A stretch of DNA of 64,000 nt from assembly GCA_934778215.1 (NCBI GenBank), contig CAKVOE010000003.1, positions 6,758 to 70,757 of the forward strand, in the 5' to 3' direction. This document shows positions 47,401 to 56,044 of this stretch, in pieces. Under the pieces are notes generated by a model, which saw nothing but the letters and a program-made list of their open reading frames with translations, was not told the origin of the DNA and ran no database searches. The stretch is from an uncultured Clostridia bacterium. Its GTDB lineage: Bacteria; Bacillota; Clostridia; Christensenellales; UBA1242. The position numbers and the translations under genes are program-made. Numbering within the stretch: position 1 is the stretch's first letter; the number at the start of each line of letters is the position of its first letter.

Positions 47401-48597
47401 TTACTCCTTTTCGTTGCAACTATCTTTTAAATAATCTCTTTGCATTTTGCTACGAGCGCTAATAATTTCTTCAAACTTTTCTTGCATAGTTGAACCATCT
47501 TCAAAATATAGTCGCTCTCCTAAATTTTGTGCCGAAACTATTCTTGTCATATCTCTGCCCATTTCGGTAAAACTTCTAATAAACTTGTGTTTTTTGTTGA
47601 TGGTTTCTTTTAGGTTTTCATTTGCCCAAGCCTTTCGGTTGGCATCGGCAAAACCTCTTTCTGCAAACTTTTCTGCAGCGTATGTCATATCCGCAACAAA
47701 GTCTTGCTCTTTGTACTCGCCATTTCTTAATGAGTCGGTGTAGTCATACAAACCTGCCGGAATATTTGCAACAGGCAACTGCTTTACCGCCAAATCATTT
47801 GCCAAAACAACCGAATCTTTGCAAAATTCCAAGAACCCTCTTTTAATTTCTTCTTTCTTTTTTTGGTCAATCCAGTGGTCGGCATCATCTACATTTTTAC
47901 CATAAAAATATAAAGTTTTTCTTGCTGGCGGGTCAAAGGTTTTTGCACTGTCAAGATTAATATATTTGTCATTGCTTTTTCTTATATCAATTGTTTCAAA
48001 TGCCTCTTCGTTGGTGTAGCCCTTTTCGTCATGAAAGGTTCTGCCCGACTTCATTAAATAATCTCTTAGTTCTGCATTTAAAGGAATTTTTGGATCTATA
48101 TCCATTTTGTCTTTGTAATCCAAATTTTCATATTTTTTGTGATCTAATGCCTGTAATTTTTCACACCACTGAGCATCTTTCATTCCAAGAGATGCAAACA
48201 GCAATTCCGAAACCTGACTATATACCCTTTTGTTGTCTTCATCATAGGTTTTTCGTTTTGATCGTGGCAAATCTTCTCTTGGCGGATATATTCTAGAATC
48301 CATACTCCAACCAAAGTTTATACCTGTTTTTGTTTGATAGGTGCGATATCCAATATCGTACATTATTGGGTAAATGTATATAGGGTTAGCATTGGTCTTT
48401 GCCGTTCTTGCACAATAACTAATTTGCATTTGCTCAGTCAAAAAGCAAATATCTTGCAAGGTCAAAAAGGGTGACCTTTTACCCTCATCGGCACACGCCC
48501 AATAAAGTGATGCAAGCATACCGGCATTCATCAATAGCGCCCTTGTGCTAAACTGAGAAGGGTTAAAATCGGTTTTGTCGTTATTTGAGATACCCAT
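47401..48597 (-). CDS. Hypothetical protein (398 aa)
   Basis: Long ORF. ATG at 48597 with AAGGGGG SD is preferred. No motif recognised. Confidence 0.55.
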   Translation of the reverse strand: MGISNNDKTDFNPSQFSTRALLMNAGMLASLYWACADEGKRSPFLTLQDICFLTEQMQISYCARTAKTNANPIYIYPIMYDIGYRTYQTKTGINFGWSMDSRIYPPREDLPRSKRKTYDEDNKRVYSQVSELLFASLGMKDAQWCEKLQALDHKKYENLDYKDKMDIDPKIPLNAELRDYLMKSGRTFHDEKGYTNEEAFETIDIRKSNDKYINLDSAKTFDPPARKTLYFYGKNVDDADHWIDQKKKEEIKRGFLEFCKDSVVLANDLAVKQLPVANIPAGLYDYTDSLRNGEYKEQDFVADMTYAAEKFAERGFADANRKAWANENLKETINKKHKFIRSFTEMGRDMTRIVSAQNLGERLYFEDGSTMQEKFEEIISARSKMQRDYLKDSCNEKE

Positions 48598-48664
48598 ATA
48601 AAACCCCCTTTTTCTTAATTTCACCCGCATTATACCATACAAAATTTATATTTTCAATAATTAT

Positions 48665-48778
48665 TTAAAACTTTTTCAAAAGTCTTTTTTTCTCAATATA
48701 TTCGTCTAATCTTTCATCAAGTTCTGCAAGCGTTGCCTGATCCAATTTTTTCTGACTAAACTTTAACTCATCTTCCAT
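48665..48778 (-). CDS. Possible 37-aa helical small protein
   Basis: MEDELKFSQKKLDQATLAELDERLDEYIEKKRLLKKF with AAGGGA about 8 nt upstream of the ATG. Below the ORF-track size cut-off. Weak evidence. Confidence 0.25.
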   Translation of the reverse strand: MEDELKFSQKKLDQATLAELDERLDEYIEKKRLLKKF

Positions 48779-48918
48779 ATCCACATCCCTTTATATTTTT
48801 TAAACCTTATTTTTTTGCGTTTTACACATTATACAATTAATTTATGACACCAGTCACCCACTTTACCACATTTCACAAAAATTTCTGCACAAAATTTTAT
48901 GCGTTTTGTCTTTTTTAT

Positions 48919-48946
48919 TTGCACTACAATTATTGTATGATATAAT
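48919..48946 (+). promoter_or_regulatory. Promoter of desulfoferrodoxin gene (extended -10)
   Basis: TTGCAC (48919-48924), 16 nt spacer, TGaTATAAT (-10 at 48941-48946). Confidence 0.5.
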
Positions 48947-49020
48947 TTTATCGAGGTTGCAACAAATCCAACCCCAACCACATTTAACTTTTGCAACCAA
49001 AATTTTAAAGGAGAAAAATT

Positions 49021-49395
49021 ATGGAACAAAATTTTTATTATTGCCGACATTGCGGAAACATAATTGCAAAGGTAAATGACAGCGGAGTAAAAGTAACTTG
49101 TTGCGGAGAACCTATGGAAATACTTACACCAAACACAAACGATGGTGCAAAAGAAAAGCATGTACCAGTTTATTCGGTAAGATGTGGCAAGGTTAGCGTA
49201 AAAATTGGAGAGATTCCACACCCTATGACCAATGAACACAGAATAGAATGGGTAAAACTACAAACAAACAAAGGAAATCAATTTAAGCGCCTACTGCCTA
49301 ATACCGAACCTACTTTAACCTTTTGCATAGAAAAAGACGAAAAGGTAGAAGCCGTTTTTGCTTACTGCAACCTTCATAGTTTATGGAAGGGCTAA
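49021..49395 (+). CDS. dfx: Desulfoferrodoxin (2Fe superoxide reductase)
   Basis: 124 aa. N-terminal desulforedoxin-like CRHC...CC motif. SOR centre motifs EKHVP, HPMTNEHRIEW and YCNLHSLW. Confidence 0.9.
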   Translation: MEQNFYYCRHCGNIIAKVNDSGVKVTCCGEPMEILTPNTNDGAKEKHVPVYSVRCGKVSVKIGEIPHPMTNEHRIEWVKLQTNKGNQFKRLLPNTEPTLTFCIEKDEKVEAVFAYCNLHSLWKG

Positions 49396-49461
49396 ACCCT
49401 TACCCCGCATCAAACATTTTATGTTTTGCATATTTTTAACTTCAACAAAATAATAATGGCC

Positions 49462-49493
49462 AAAGAGCGTCAACTATATTTGACGCTCTTTTT
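49462..49493 (+). terminator. Intrinsic terminator after dfx
   Basis: AAAGAGCGTCAA/CTATAT/TTGACGCTCTTT followed by TT. Confidence 0.8.
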
Positions 49494-49499
49494 GAAACA

Positions 49500-49575
49500 A
49501 AAAGCCAAAAATCAGACCCATGACCCCGCTTGTACCAAGCCGAACGCTTTACCGACTGAGCCTTGGCGAAGGCGG
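49500..49575 (-). pseudogene. Degenerate tRNA-like copy C (most diverged)
   Basis: Shares CCGCCTTCGCCAAGGCTCAGTCGG...CAAGCGGGGTCA(T/C)GGGTC(T/C)GATTTT with copies A and B. The 3' acceptor/CCA part is eroded. Confidence 0.45.
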
Positions 49576-49608
49576 TAAAAAAAACACCACTTATATGATG
49601 TTTTTGCT

Positions 49609-49690
49609 TGGAGCCCAAAGACGAAAATCGGACCCGTGACCCCGCTTGTACCTTGGCGGTGATCTACCGACTGAGCCTTGGCGAAGGCGG
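49609..49690 (-). pseudogene. Degenerate tRNA-Thr-like copy B
   Basis: 82 nt. The D-arm, T-arm and ...GGGCTCCA 3' end resemble the tRNA-Thr at 49857-49932. There is no 5' acceptor strand complementary to the 3' end, and the anticodon arm is disrupted (CCGCCAAGGTACAAGCGG). Confidence 0.5.
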
Positions 49691-49732
49691 AACAATAAAA
49701 GCACCAACCCTTTAGTCTAGTGCTTTTAATTC

Positions 49733-49814
49733 TGGAGCTCAAAGACGAAAATCAGACCCGTGACCCCGCTTGTACCTTGGCGGTACTCTCCCGACTGAGC
49801 CTTGGCGAAGGCGG
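49733..49814 (-). pseudogene. Degenerate tRNA-Thr-like copy A
   Basis: 82 nt and about 6 mismatches from copy B, with the same defects. It is preceded (in the transcription direction) by hairpin AAAGCACCAA/TTGGTGCTTT. Confidence 0.5.
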
Positions 49815-49856
49815 AATAACAAAAGCACCAATCTTTTGTTTTGGTGCTTTCAATTC

Positions 49857-49932
49857 TGGAGCTGATGACGGGAATCGGACCCGTGACCTCCGCCTTACCA
49901 AGGCGGTGCTCTACCGACTGAGCCACATCAGC
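49857..49932 (-). tRNA. tRNA-Thr (GGT)
   Basis: GCTGATGTGGCTCAGTCGGTAGAGCACCGCCTTGGTAAGGCGGAGGTCACGGGTCCGATTCCCGTCATCAGCTCCA forms a canonical cloverleaf with CCA encoded. Confidence 0.9.
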
Positions 49933-50029
49933 ATATCGCACGATTACTCGTGCTACAATATAATGACATTTAATTTGCTTAATGCAAACTCAAAACCTTA
50001 CCAAGACTTTGATTAATATCACTTTACTA

Positions 50030-50058
50030 AGTATATAATAATTTATTTATTTTGTCAA
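50030..50058 (-). promoter_or_regulatory. Candidate promoter upstream of tRNA-Thr
   Basis: TTGACA (50058-50053), 17 nt spacer, TATACT (50035-50030), about 100 nt upstream of the tRNA. Confidence 0.45.
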
Positions 50059-50078
50059 TCACTTTATTAAAACTATTT

Positions 50079-50864
50079 TTATTTTTGGCAAAGAATATGA
50101 ACCCTTTCAACATCATCATCTTCATTACGCTTATCAAAATTTATGTCTATAAAATCTATTTTAGAAAAGCCAACCTCTTCTAATGCCTTTTTTACTGCGC
50201 TGGTAGGAAATCCCGTTTCTATCATTTTGTCGGCAGTTTTTCGGTAAAGCGACTCATTCTCTCTAATGTAATAAACCTCGTCCATTATACATACGCCGTC
50301 TTCATTTGCAACCTTCTGCACATAGTCTAGCGTATAATCTTGCTCAAAGATAACCTTTTCCCAAGTGTTCATAGTCTTTTCGCTATAAAAGTCAAAAAGC
50401 AATCTTCCGCCTTCGTTTAAATGGTTAAAGCAGACCTTAAAAAATTCTACCCATTCTTCAAATTTTAAAAACATATTAATAACATCGTGGTTGCAGGTAA
50501 TTAAATCAAACTTTCTTTTTAGGTCAAAGGTATATAACTTATTTACCTTTTTGAAGGTAATTTTTGGATACTTTGCTCTAACATAATCCAAATACCCTTC
50601 TGCATTATCTACGCCAACGCAATCTTTAATAAAGGTGTTGCAAACATTTAAAAACTCACCCGAACCTGAGCACACATCTAAAACGCTATCTATTTTGACA
50701 CCATTATCAAAGAACTTCTTTTTTAGATTGTTGGCAACCTTAAAAGAAAAATACCCTTGCCTTCTGCTCCACGCCTCAGCATACCAAACATCAAACTTAA
50801 ATTGGTTGCCACTTTTAATTTCTGCAGAGTTTAAATTTTTTTCAAAATTGTTTTTTATTTCCAT
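50079..50864 (-). CDS. Class I SAM-dependent methyltransferase
   Basis: Motif I VLDVCSGSGEF. 261 aa. AGGAG SD. Confidence 0.8.
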   Translation of the reverse strand: MEIKNNFEKNLNSAEIKSGNQFKFDVWYAEAWSRRQGYFSFKVANNLKKKFFDNGVKIDSVLDVCSGSGEFLNVCNTFIKDCVGVDNAEGYLDYVRAKYPKITFKKVNKLYTFDLKRKFDLITCNHDVINMFLKFEEWVEFFKVCFNHLNEGGRLLFDFYSEKTMNTWEKVIFEQDYTLDYVQKVANEDGVCIMDEVYYIRENESLYRKTADKMIETGFPTSAVKKALEEVGFSKIDFIDINFDKRNEDDDVERVHILCQK

Positions 50865-50890
50865 TTTCTCACTCCTAATTATCTAGTTAT

Positions 50891-50919
50891 AGTATAGTAA
50901 AATTTTGCAAAACTGTCAA
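50891..50919 (-). promoter_or_regulatory. Promoter of methyltransferase gene
   Basis: TTGACA (50919-50914), 17 nt spacer, TATACT (50896-50891). Confidence 0.6.
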
Positions 50920-51135
50920 ATATAATTTGCGTTAAATTAATTAAAATTATTGCGAATTTTTTTTAGCAAAACAAACTCAAAAAATACATTAATTTTTAAA
51001 AATTTTTAAGTTTTTATAATATTGTAAGACAAAATTAGGCAAAAATTACACCCTTTTTGACACCATTTGGCTTGCTCGAAAAATTGCTCGACCGTTAAAA
51101 CAGCCTCGCTGATGGGGTTATAAAAATTTTTATTT

Positions 51136-51170
51136 TAAACAAAAAACTCTGTCTTTAAAACAGAGTTTTT
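51136..51170 (-). terminator. Intrinsic terminator after ABC exporter operon (bidirectional hairpin)
   Basis: AAAAACTCTG/9-nt loop/CAGAGTTTTT flanked by A and T runs. Confidence 0.75.
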
Positions 51171-51175
51171 ATAAA

Positions 51176-53104
51176 TTATTCAAGTTCAAATGCTCCGGTA
51201 TACAACTGGTAATATCTACCTTTTTTGTTTATTAATTCTTCGTGACTACCCATTTCCAAAATCTCTCCATTATCTAGTACAATAATTTTATCACTGTTTT
51301 GAATGGTGCTAAGTCTGTGTGCAATTACAAAAACCGTTCGTCCTTTCATTAATGCGTCCATACCCGCTTGCACAATCGCTTCCGTTCTAGTATCAATACT
51401 AGATGTTGCTTCGTCCAAAATCATAACAGGGGCATTTGCAACAGCAGCCCTTGCAATGCTAATAAGTTGGCGTTGTCCTTGCGAAAGGTTTGCTCCGTCA
51501 TTAACCAATTGGGTATTATATCCATTTGGTAGTTTTGTAATAAAGTCATGTGCATTTGCAAGTTTTGATGCTTCTATACACATTTCATCTGTTGCAGACA
51601 AATTACCATATCTAATGTTATCCATTATACTACCACTAAACAAGTTGGTGTCTTGCAAAACCATACCAAGAGATTTTCTTAAATCTTCCTTTTTAATTTT
51701 TGTGATATTAATGCCGTCATATCTAATTTTTCCACCTTGAATATCATAAAACCTATTAAGCAAATTTGCGATTGTCGTTTTTCCGGCACCTGTTGCACCA
51801 ACTAATGCAACCTTTTCGCCCGCTTCTGCAATTACGCTAATATTTTTTAGAACCATCTTGTTTGATGTATATCCAAAGGTTACATTTTCTAGCTCAATTC
51901 TGCCATTTAAGTCGGTATAGGTAAGCCTTCCATCTTTGTGCAAATGTTTCCACGCCCACTTGTTGGAGTTATAGTCAACTTCTCTAATTTTACCTACTTC
52001 GTCCCTTTCAATATTTACCAAAGTTACATAGCCAGCGTCTTTTTCTTCTCCTTCATCTAAAAGAGTAAAAATTCTATCTGCCCCCGCAAGAGCCATTACA
52101 ACATTGTTCATTTGCTGTGAAACCTGCGAAACATTCATTGTAAAATTTTTGCTCATAGTTAAAAATGAAACTAATGTACCCGTAGAGATTACCGCTGTAA
52201 CCCCAACAATTGTTATATTTGGCACTTTTAGAGCAATTAACGCCCCACCTATAAAGGCTATTAAAACATATACAATGTTACCAATGTTTCCCACAATCGG
52301 CATTAAAATATTGGCAAATTTATTAGCACTTCTACTATCTTCAAAAAGTTGTTGATTTAGTTTATTAAAATCTTCAATTGCCTCATCTTCGTGGTTAAAC
52401 ACCTTTACTACCTTTTGACCATTCATCATCTCTTCAATAAAGCCTTCACATGTTGCAATTGACTTTTGTTGTTTTACAAAATATTTTGCACTGTTTCCGC
52501 CAATTTTTTTGACTATCAAAAGCATAAAAATTACAGATAAAAAAACTACCAAGGTAAGCCACAAACTAAATGTACACATAATTGATACCAGCACAACTAT
52601 GGTTATTGCAGAACTTATTAGGTTTGGTAACGACTGTCCAATTGCCTGCCTTAAATTATCTACATCGTTTGTATAATAACTCATAATGTCGCCATGAGCG
52701 TGTGTGTCAAAATAACTTATTGGCAACTTTTCCATTTTGTCAAAGCATTTTTTTCGAATACTTGCCAAAAAGCCTTGTGTAATTTTTGCACCCAATTGCG
52801 TATAAATCGCCATTGACACAATAGCCAATGCATATATACTGCCAAGCGTTATAATAATTTTAATAAATTCAGCCTTAACCGAATCTAGCCCGCCCGTAAG
52901 TGCGGGAGTTATTACATTATCTATAATCCTTCTTAAAAAGATACTAGACACCGACCCCGCTATTGCAGAAATTATTAAGCATACCACAACTACTAGCATC
53001 TGCCACTTATATTCGCTAAAAAGCATTTTTAGAAGCCTTTTTAGAGTCCCTTTTTTTACTTTTGGTTTTGCGCCAAAATTTCGGCGATGACCCATTCCTG
53101 CCAT
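51176..53104 (-). CDS. ABC exporter permease/ATPase half-transporter (consensus NBD)
   Basis: 642 aa with an N-terminal 6-TM domain. Walker A GATGAGKTT, signature LSQGQRQ, Walker B ILDEATS, H-loop AHRLST. Its start overlaps the upstream stop as TAATG. Confidence 0.9.
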   Translation of the reverse strand: MAGMGHRRNFGAKPKVKKGTLKRLLKMLFSEYKWQMLVVVVCLIISAIAGSVSSIFLRRIIDNVITPALTGGLDSVKAEFIKIIITLGSIYALAIVSMAIYTQLGAKITQGFLASIRKKCFDKMEKLPISYFDTHAHGDIMSYYTNDVDNLRQAIGQSLPNLISSAITIVVLVSIMCTFSLWLTLVVFLSVIFMLLIVKKIGGNSAKYFVKQQKSIATCEGFIEEMMNGQKVVKVFNHEDEAIEDFNKLNQQLFEDSRSANKFANILMPIVGNIGNIVYVLIAFIGGALIALKVPNITIVGVTAVISTGTLVSFLTMSKNFTMNVSQVSQQMNNVVMALAGADRIFTLLDEGEEKDAGYVTLVNIERDEVGKIREVDYNSNKWAWKHLHKDGRLTYTDLNGRIELENVTFGYTSNKMVLKNISVIAEAGEKVALVGATGAGKTTIANLLNRFYDIQGGKIRYDGINITKIKKEDLRKSLGMVLQDTNLFSGSIMDNIRYGNLSATDEMCIEASKLANAHDFITKLPNGYNTQLVNDGANLSQGQRQLISIARAAVANAPVMILDEATSSIDTRTEAIVQAGMDALMKGRTVFVIAHRLSTIQNSDKIIVLDNGEILEMGSHEELINKKGRYYQLYTGAFELE

Positions 53105-54843
53105 TAGTTGTCACCCCCTATTTTATTTTGTATATTATAAATTTCACGATAAATATCATTTGACTTTTTTAATTCTTCGCTTGTACCCACACCAACAATC
53201 TTACCGCCATTTAAAACCACAATTTTATCAGCGTCTTCAATGGACGATATTCTTTGTGCAATAATAATTTTTGTTACATCTGGTGCTTCGGTTTTTAGCC
53301 CCGCCCTAATTAGTGCGTCCGTTTTTGTATCTACGGCACTGGTACTGTCATCAAAAATTAATACTTTTGGATTTTTTAGCAACGCTCTTGCTATGCAAAG
53401 CCTTTGTTTTTGACCGCCCGAAAGGTTAGCTCCACCCTGCTCAATAAAGGTGTCATACCCCTTTTCAAACTTTGAAATATATTCGTCTGCCTGCGAAATT
53501 TTGCAAACTCTCTTCATCTCTTCGTCACTAGCATCGCCTTTGCCCCAACGCAAGTTTTCTTTTATGGTACCGCTAAAAAGTATGTTTTTTTGAAGCACAA
53601 CCGATACATTATCTCTAAGGGTAACGAGGTCATAATTTTTAACATTGTTGCCCCCAACCAAAAGTTCTCCGCAAGACACATCATAAAGCCTAGAAATTAA
53701 ATTTACTAGCGTAGTTTTGCTACTACCAGTTTCGCCAATTATTCCTACCGTTTCGCCCGAGTTAATTTTTAAATTTATATCACTTAGCACATTGTTTTCG
53801 CCTGATGATTTATACTTAAATGATACATTTTTAAATTCTATATCGCCGTTTTTTACTTCGTATATTGGATTTTTAGGATTTTCAATATCGGGAACCTCAT
53901 CTAGCACTTCTACAATTCTCTTTGCACTGGCAATACTCATTGTAACCATTACAAATATCATAGACAGCATCATAAGGTTTGAAAGGATTTGCCCACTATA
54001 AACAAACAAACTAGAAAGTTGCCCTACATTTAACGCTGTGGCACCGCTCTCAACAATAATTTTTGCACCCAAGTAGCAAATAGCAAGCATTACACCAAAC
54101 ATTGCAAAATCCATAACCGGCCAGTTAAGAGCAACGATTTTTTCGGCTTTGGTAAAATCACTTTTTAGTTCATCTGTTTTGCTGTTAAACTTATCTATTT
54201 CGTAGTCTTCACAAACATAAGACTTTACACACCTTATACCCTTAACGTTTTCTTGAATGCTGGCATTTAACTTATCATATTTTTTGAACACCTTATTAAA
54301 TATCGGCATAGCAAAAAAGATAATTAATGCCATAGCAACCATCATAATAGGCACAACAATTGCAAACAGCAACGCAATTTTTGGACTAATAAATATTACC
54401 ATTGCAATCGAAAATATAAACATAAATGGCACTCTAACAGCAATTCTTATAATCATCATAAAGGCTTGCTGAACATTGTTTACATCGGTAGTTAGTCTTG
54501 TTACCAAACTACTAGACGAAAATTTATCTATATTAGAAAAAGAAAATGTTTGAACCTTTGCATACAAATTTTCTCTCAAATTTTTGGCAAATCCGCAAGA
54601 CGCCGTAGCACAAAACTTGCCACTCAAAACTCCAAAAAATAGCGATAGCATTGCCATACCAATCAAAATTCCGCCATATAGCAATATTTGACCCAAATCT
54701 GCGCCCATCTCTATTACACTAATAAGTTTACTCATTATAAATGGTATCAAACATTCAACCACAACTTCTAGTGCAACTGTAATGGGTGTTAATATTGTCT
54801 CCTTTTTATACTGACCTATATTTTTAGCCAATTTTTTAATCAT
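53104..54843 (-). CDS. ABC exporter permease/ATPase half-transporter (degenerate NBD)
   Basis: 579 aa. Walker A GETGSSKTT and signature LSGGQKQ. Walker B is LIFDDSTS, with the catalytic Glu replaced by Asp. The H-loop is AQRISS, with His replaced by Gln. Confidence 0.9.
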   Translation of the reverse strand: MIKKLAKNIGQYKKETILTPITVALEVVVECLIPFIMSKLISVIEMGADLGQILLYGGILIGMAMLSLFFGVLSGKFCATASCGFAKNLRENLYAKVQTFSFSNIDKFSSSSLVTRLTTDVNNVQQAFMMIIRIAVRVPFMFIFSIAMVIFISPKIALLFAIVVPIMMVAMALIIFFAMPIFNKVFKKYDKLNASIQENVKGIRCVKSYVCEDYEIDKFNSKTDELKSDFTKAEKIVALNWPVMDFAMFGVMLAICYLGAKIIVESGATALNVGQLSSLFVYSGQILSNLMMLSMIFVMVTMSIASAKRIVEVLDEVPDIENPKNPIYEVKNGDIEFKNVSFKYKSSGENNVLSDINLKINSGETVGIIGETGSSKTTLVNLISRLYDVSCGELLVGGNNVKNYDLVTLRDNVSVVLQKNILFSGTIKENLRWGKGDASDEEMKRVCKISQADEYISKFEKGYDTFIEQGGANLSGGQKQRLCIARALLKNPKVLIFDDSTSAVDTKTDALIRAGLKTEAPDVTKIIIAQRISSIEDADKIVVLNGGKIVGVGTSEELKKSNDIYREIYNIQNKIGGDN

Positions 54844-54879
54844 TTTTCACTTCCAAAAGAATTTTTTATCAACTTATAC

Positions 54880-54908
54880 ATTATATGATTTTATAATTTT
54901 AATGTCAA
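54880..54908 (-). promoter_or_regulatory. Promoter of ABC exporter operon
   Basis: TTGACA (54908-54903), 17 nt spacer, TATAAT (54885-54880). Confidence 0.65.
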
Positions 54909-55077
54909 GTGGCGTAAAAAAGCTTTTGTTAAATTTTTATCACATTTGCAGAGGTTTTAAAGCCTATTGTAATTTAATTAAGTTTACAAAATTATAGAGT
55001 TTAGGTAGTTTTTATGTTTGTAGTTTTTGCCTCTAATAATTTTTTGTGTAAAACCTTTACAAAAAAAATAGTTTGCA

Positions 55078-55107
55078 TAAAAAAAGTATAACAATTTGTG
55101 TTATACT
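55078..55107 (-). terminator. Intrinsic terminator after recR
   Basis: AGTATAACA/CAAAT/TGTTATACT followed by T7. Confidence 0.75.
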
Positions 55108-55114
55108 CCTTATT

Positions 55115-55708
55115 TTACATATCTTTACGGTCATCTAATGCCTTAGATAGCGTTACCTCGTCAGCATACTCCAAATCTGACCCAATAGAAATTCCCTGTG
55201 CAAGCCTTGTAACCTTTATGCCCAACGGTTTTAAAAGCCTTGCTATATACATGGCGGTTGCTTCACCCTCTACATCGGTATTGGTAGCCATTATAACCTC
55301 AGCAATATTATTTTCATTAATGCGTTTTAGCAACTCATTAATTCTTATATCATCTGGCCCTCTGCCCGACAACGGACTAATGGTGCCGTGCAAAACATGA
55401 TACCCAATAGAATATCCCTTTACCTTAGAAATAACTGCAACATCTTTTGGTTCTGCAACCACACAAATAATATCGCTAGTAGTATTTTTGCAATGAGGGC
55501 AAATATCTTCATCGGCGTAATCGCCACATATTTCACAAAACTTAACCTTAGATTTTACATCTAAAATACTCTCTGCAAACTCCCGAGCATCAGCCTCACT
55601 CATATCTATAACCGAATAAGCGTAACGCTGTGCCGTTTTGTTGCCCACTCCCGGCAACTTAGAAAAACTATTAATAAGTTTTCCAATAGGTTCTAGTGTG
55701 TATGCCAC
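55115..55708 (-). CDS. recR: Recombination protein RecR
   Basis: 197 aa with HhH N-terminus, Cys4 finger CEICGDYADEDICPHC and a Toprim domain. GTG start. Confidence 0.9.
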   Translation of the reverse strand: MAYTLEPIGKLINSFSKLPGVGNKTAQRYAYSVIDMSEADAREFAESILDVKSKVKFCEICGDYADEDICPHCKNTTSDIICVVAEPKDVAVISKVKGYSIGYHVLHGTISPLSGRGPDDIRINELLKRINENNIAEVIMATNTDVEGEATAMYIARLLKPLGIKVTRLAQGISIGSDLEYADEVTLSKALDDRKDM

Positions 55709-55710
55709 AA

Positions 55711-56034
55711 TTACATTAAACCCCCAAATTTACCCATTTTATTTTGCTTAATATCTTTAATTTTGTCACTTGCGTCTTTAAGAGCAACAATAATCATATC
55801 TTCTAGCAATTCTACATCATCTGGGTCTACAATTTGCTTGTCTATAGAAATACTTGTTACTTCATTTGCTCCATTCATACTAACCTTAATTAAGCCATTT
55901 TGAGCAACGCCCTCAACTTCGGTTTCTTCAACCTCTTGCTGAGCCTTTAATGCTTCTTCTTGCATCTTTTGTGCTTGACGCAAAAGTGCTTGCATATTAG
56001 GTTGTCCACCACCAAATTTTCCAAAATTTCCCAT
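55711..56034 (-). CDS. ybaB: Nucleoid-associated protein YbaB/EbfC
   Basis: 107 aa. Lies in the conserved dnaX-ybaB-recR order. Confidence 0.9.
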   Translation of the reverse strand: MGNFGKFGGGQPNMQALLRQAQKMQEEALKAQQEVEETEVEGVAQNGLIKVSMNGANEVTSISIDKQIVDPDDVELLEDMIIVALKDASDKIKDIKQNKMGKFGGLM

Positions 56035-56044
56035 AATTTATCTC

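Noticed and set aside
48829-49239. 136-aa minus-strand ORF overlapping the dfx promoter and 5' half
   Set aside because: It is antisense to a well-supported desulfoferrodoxin gene, has a hydrophobic low-complexity translation typical of shadow ORFs in AT-rich DNA, and has no SD.
49500-49856. Repeat array considered as a CRISPR array
   Set aside because: The conserved units are about 80 nt and tRNA-derived. The variable parts are about 35-45 nt hairpins. There are only three units and no cas genes. The geometry is the opposite of CRISPR repeat/spacer organisation.
49512-50016. Three ORFs of 71-98 aa (49512-49742 minus, 49720-50016 plus, 49726-49941 minus)
   Set aside because: They run through the tRNA-Thr gene and its tRNA-like repeats. 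Their repeated peptide segments (QGTSGVTG...) simply reflect the DNA repeats. None has an SD.
51072-51091. Direct repeat TTGCTCGA-N4-TTGCTCGA in a slightly GC-richer patch after the ABC operon terminator
   Set aside because: The repeat is only 8 bp, has no associated promoter or hairpin logic that I could build, and is too far (about 150 nt) from the methyltransferase promoter. It is noted but not considered interpretable.
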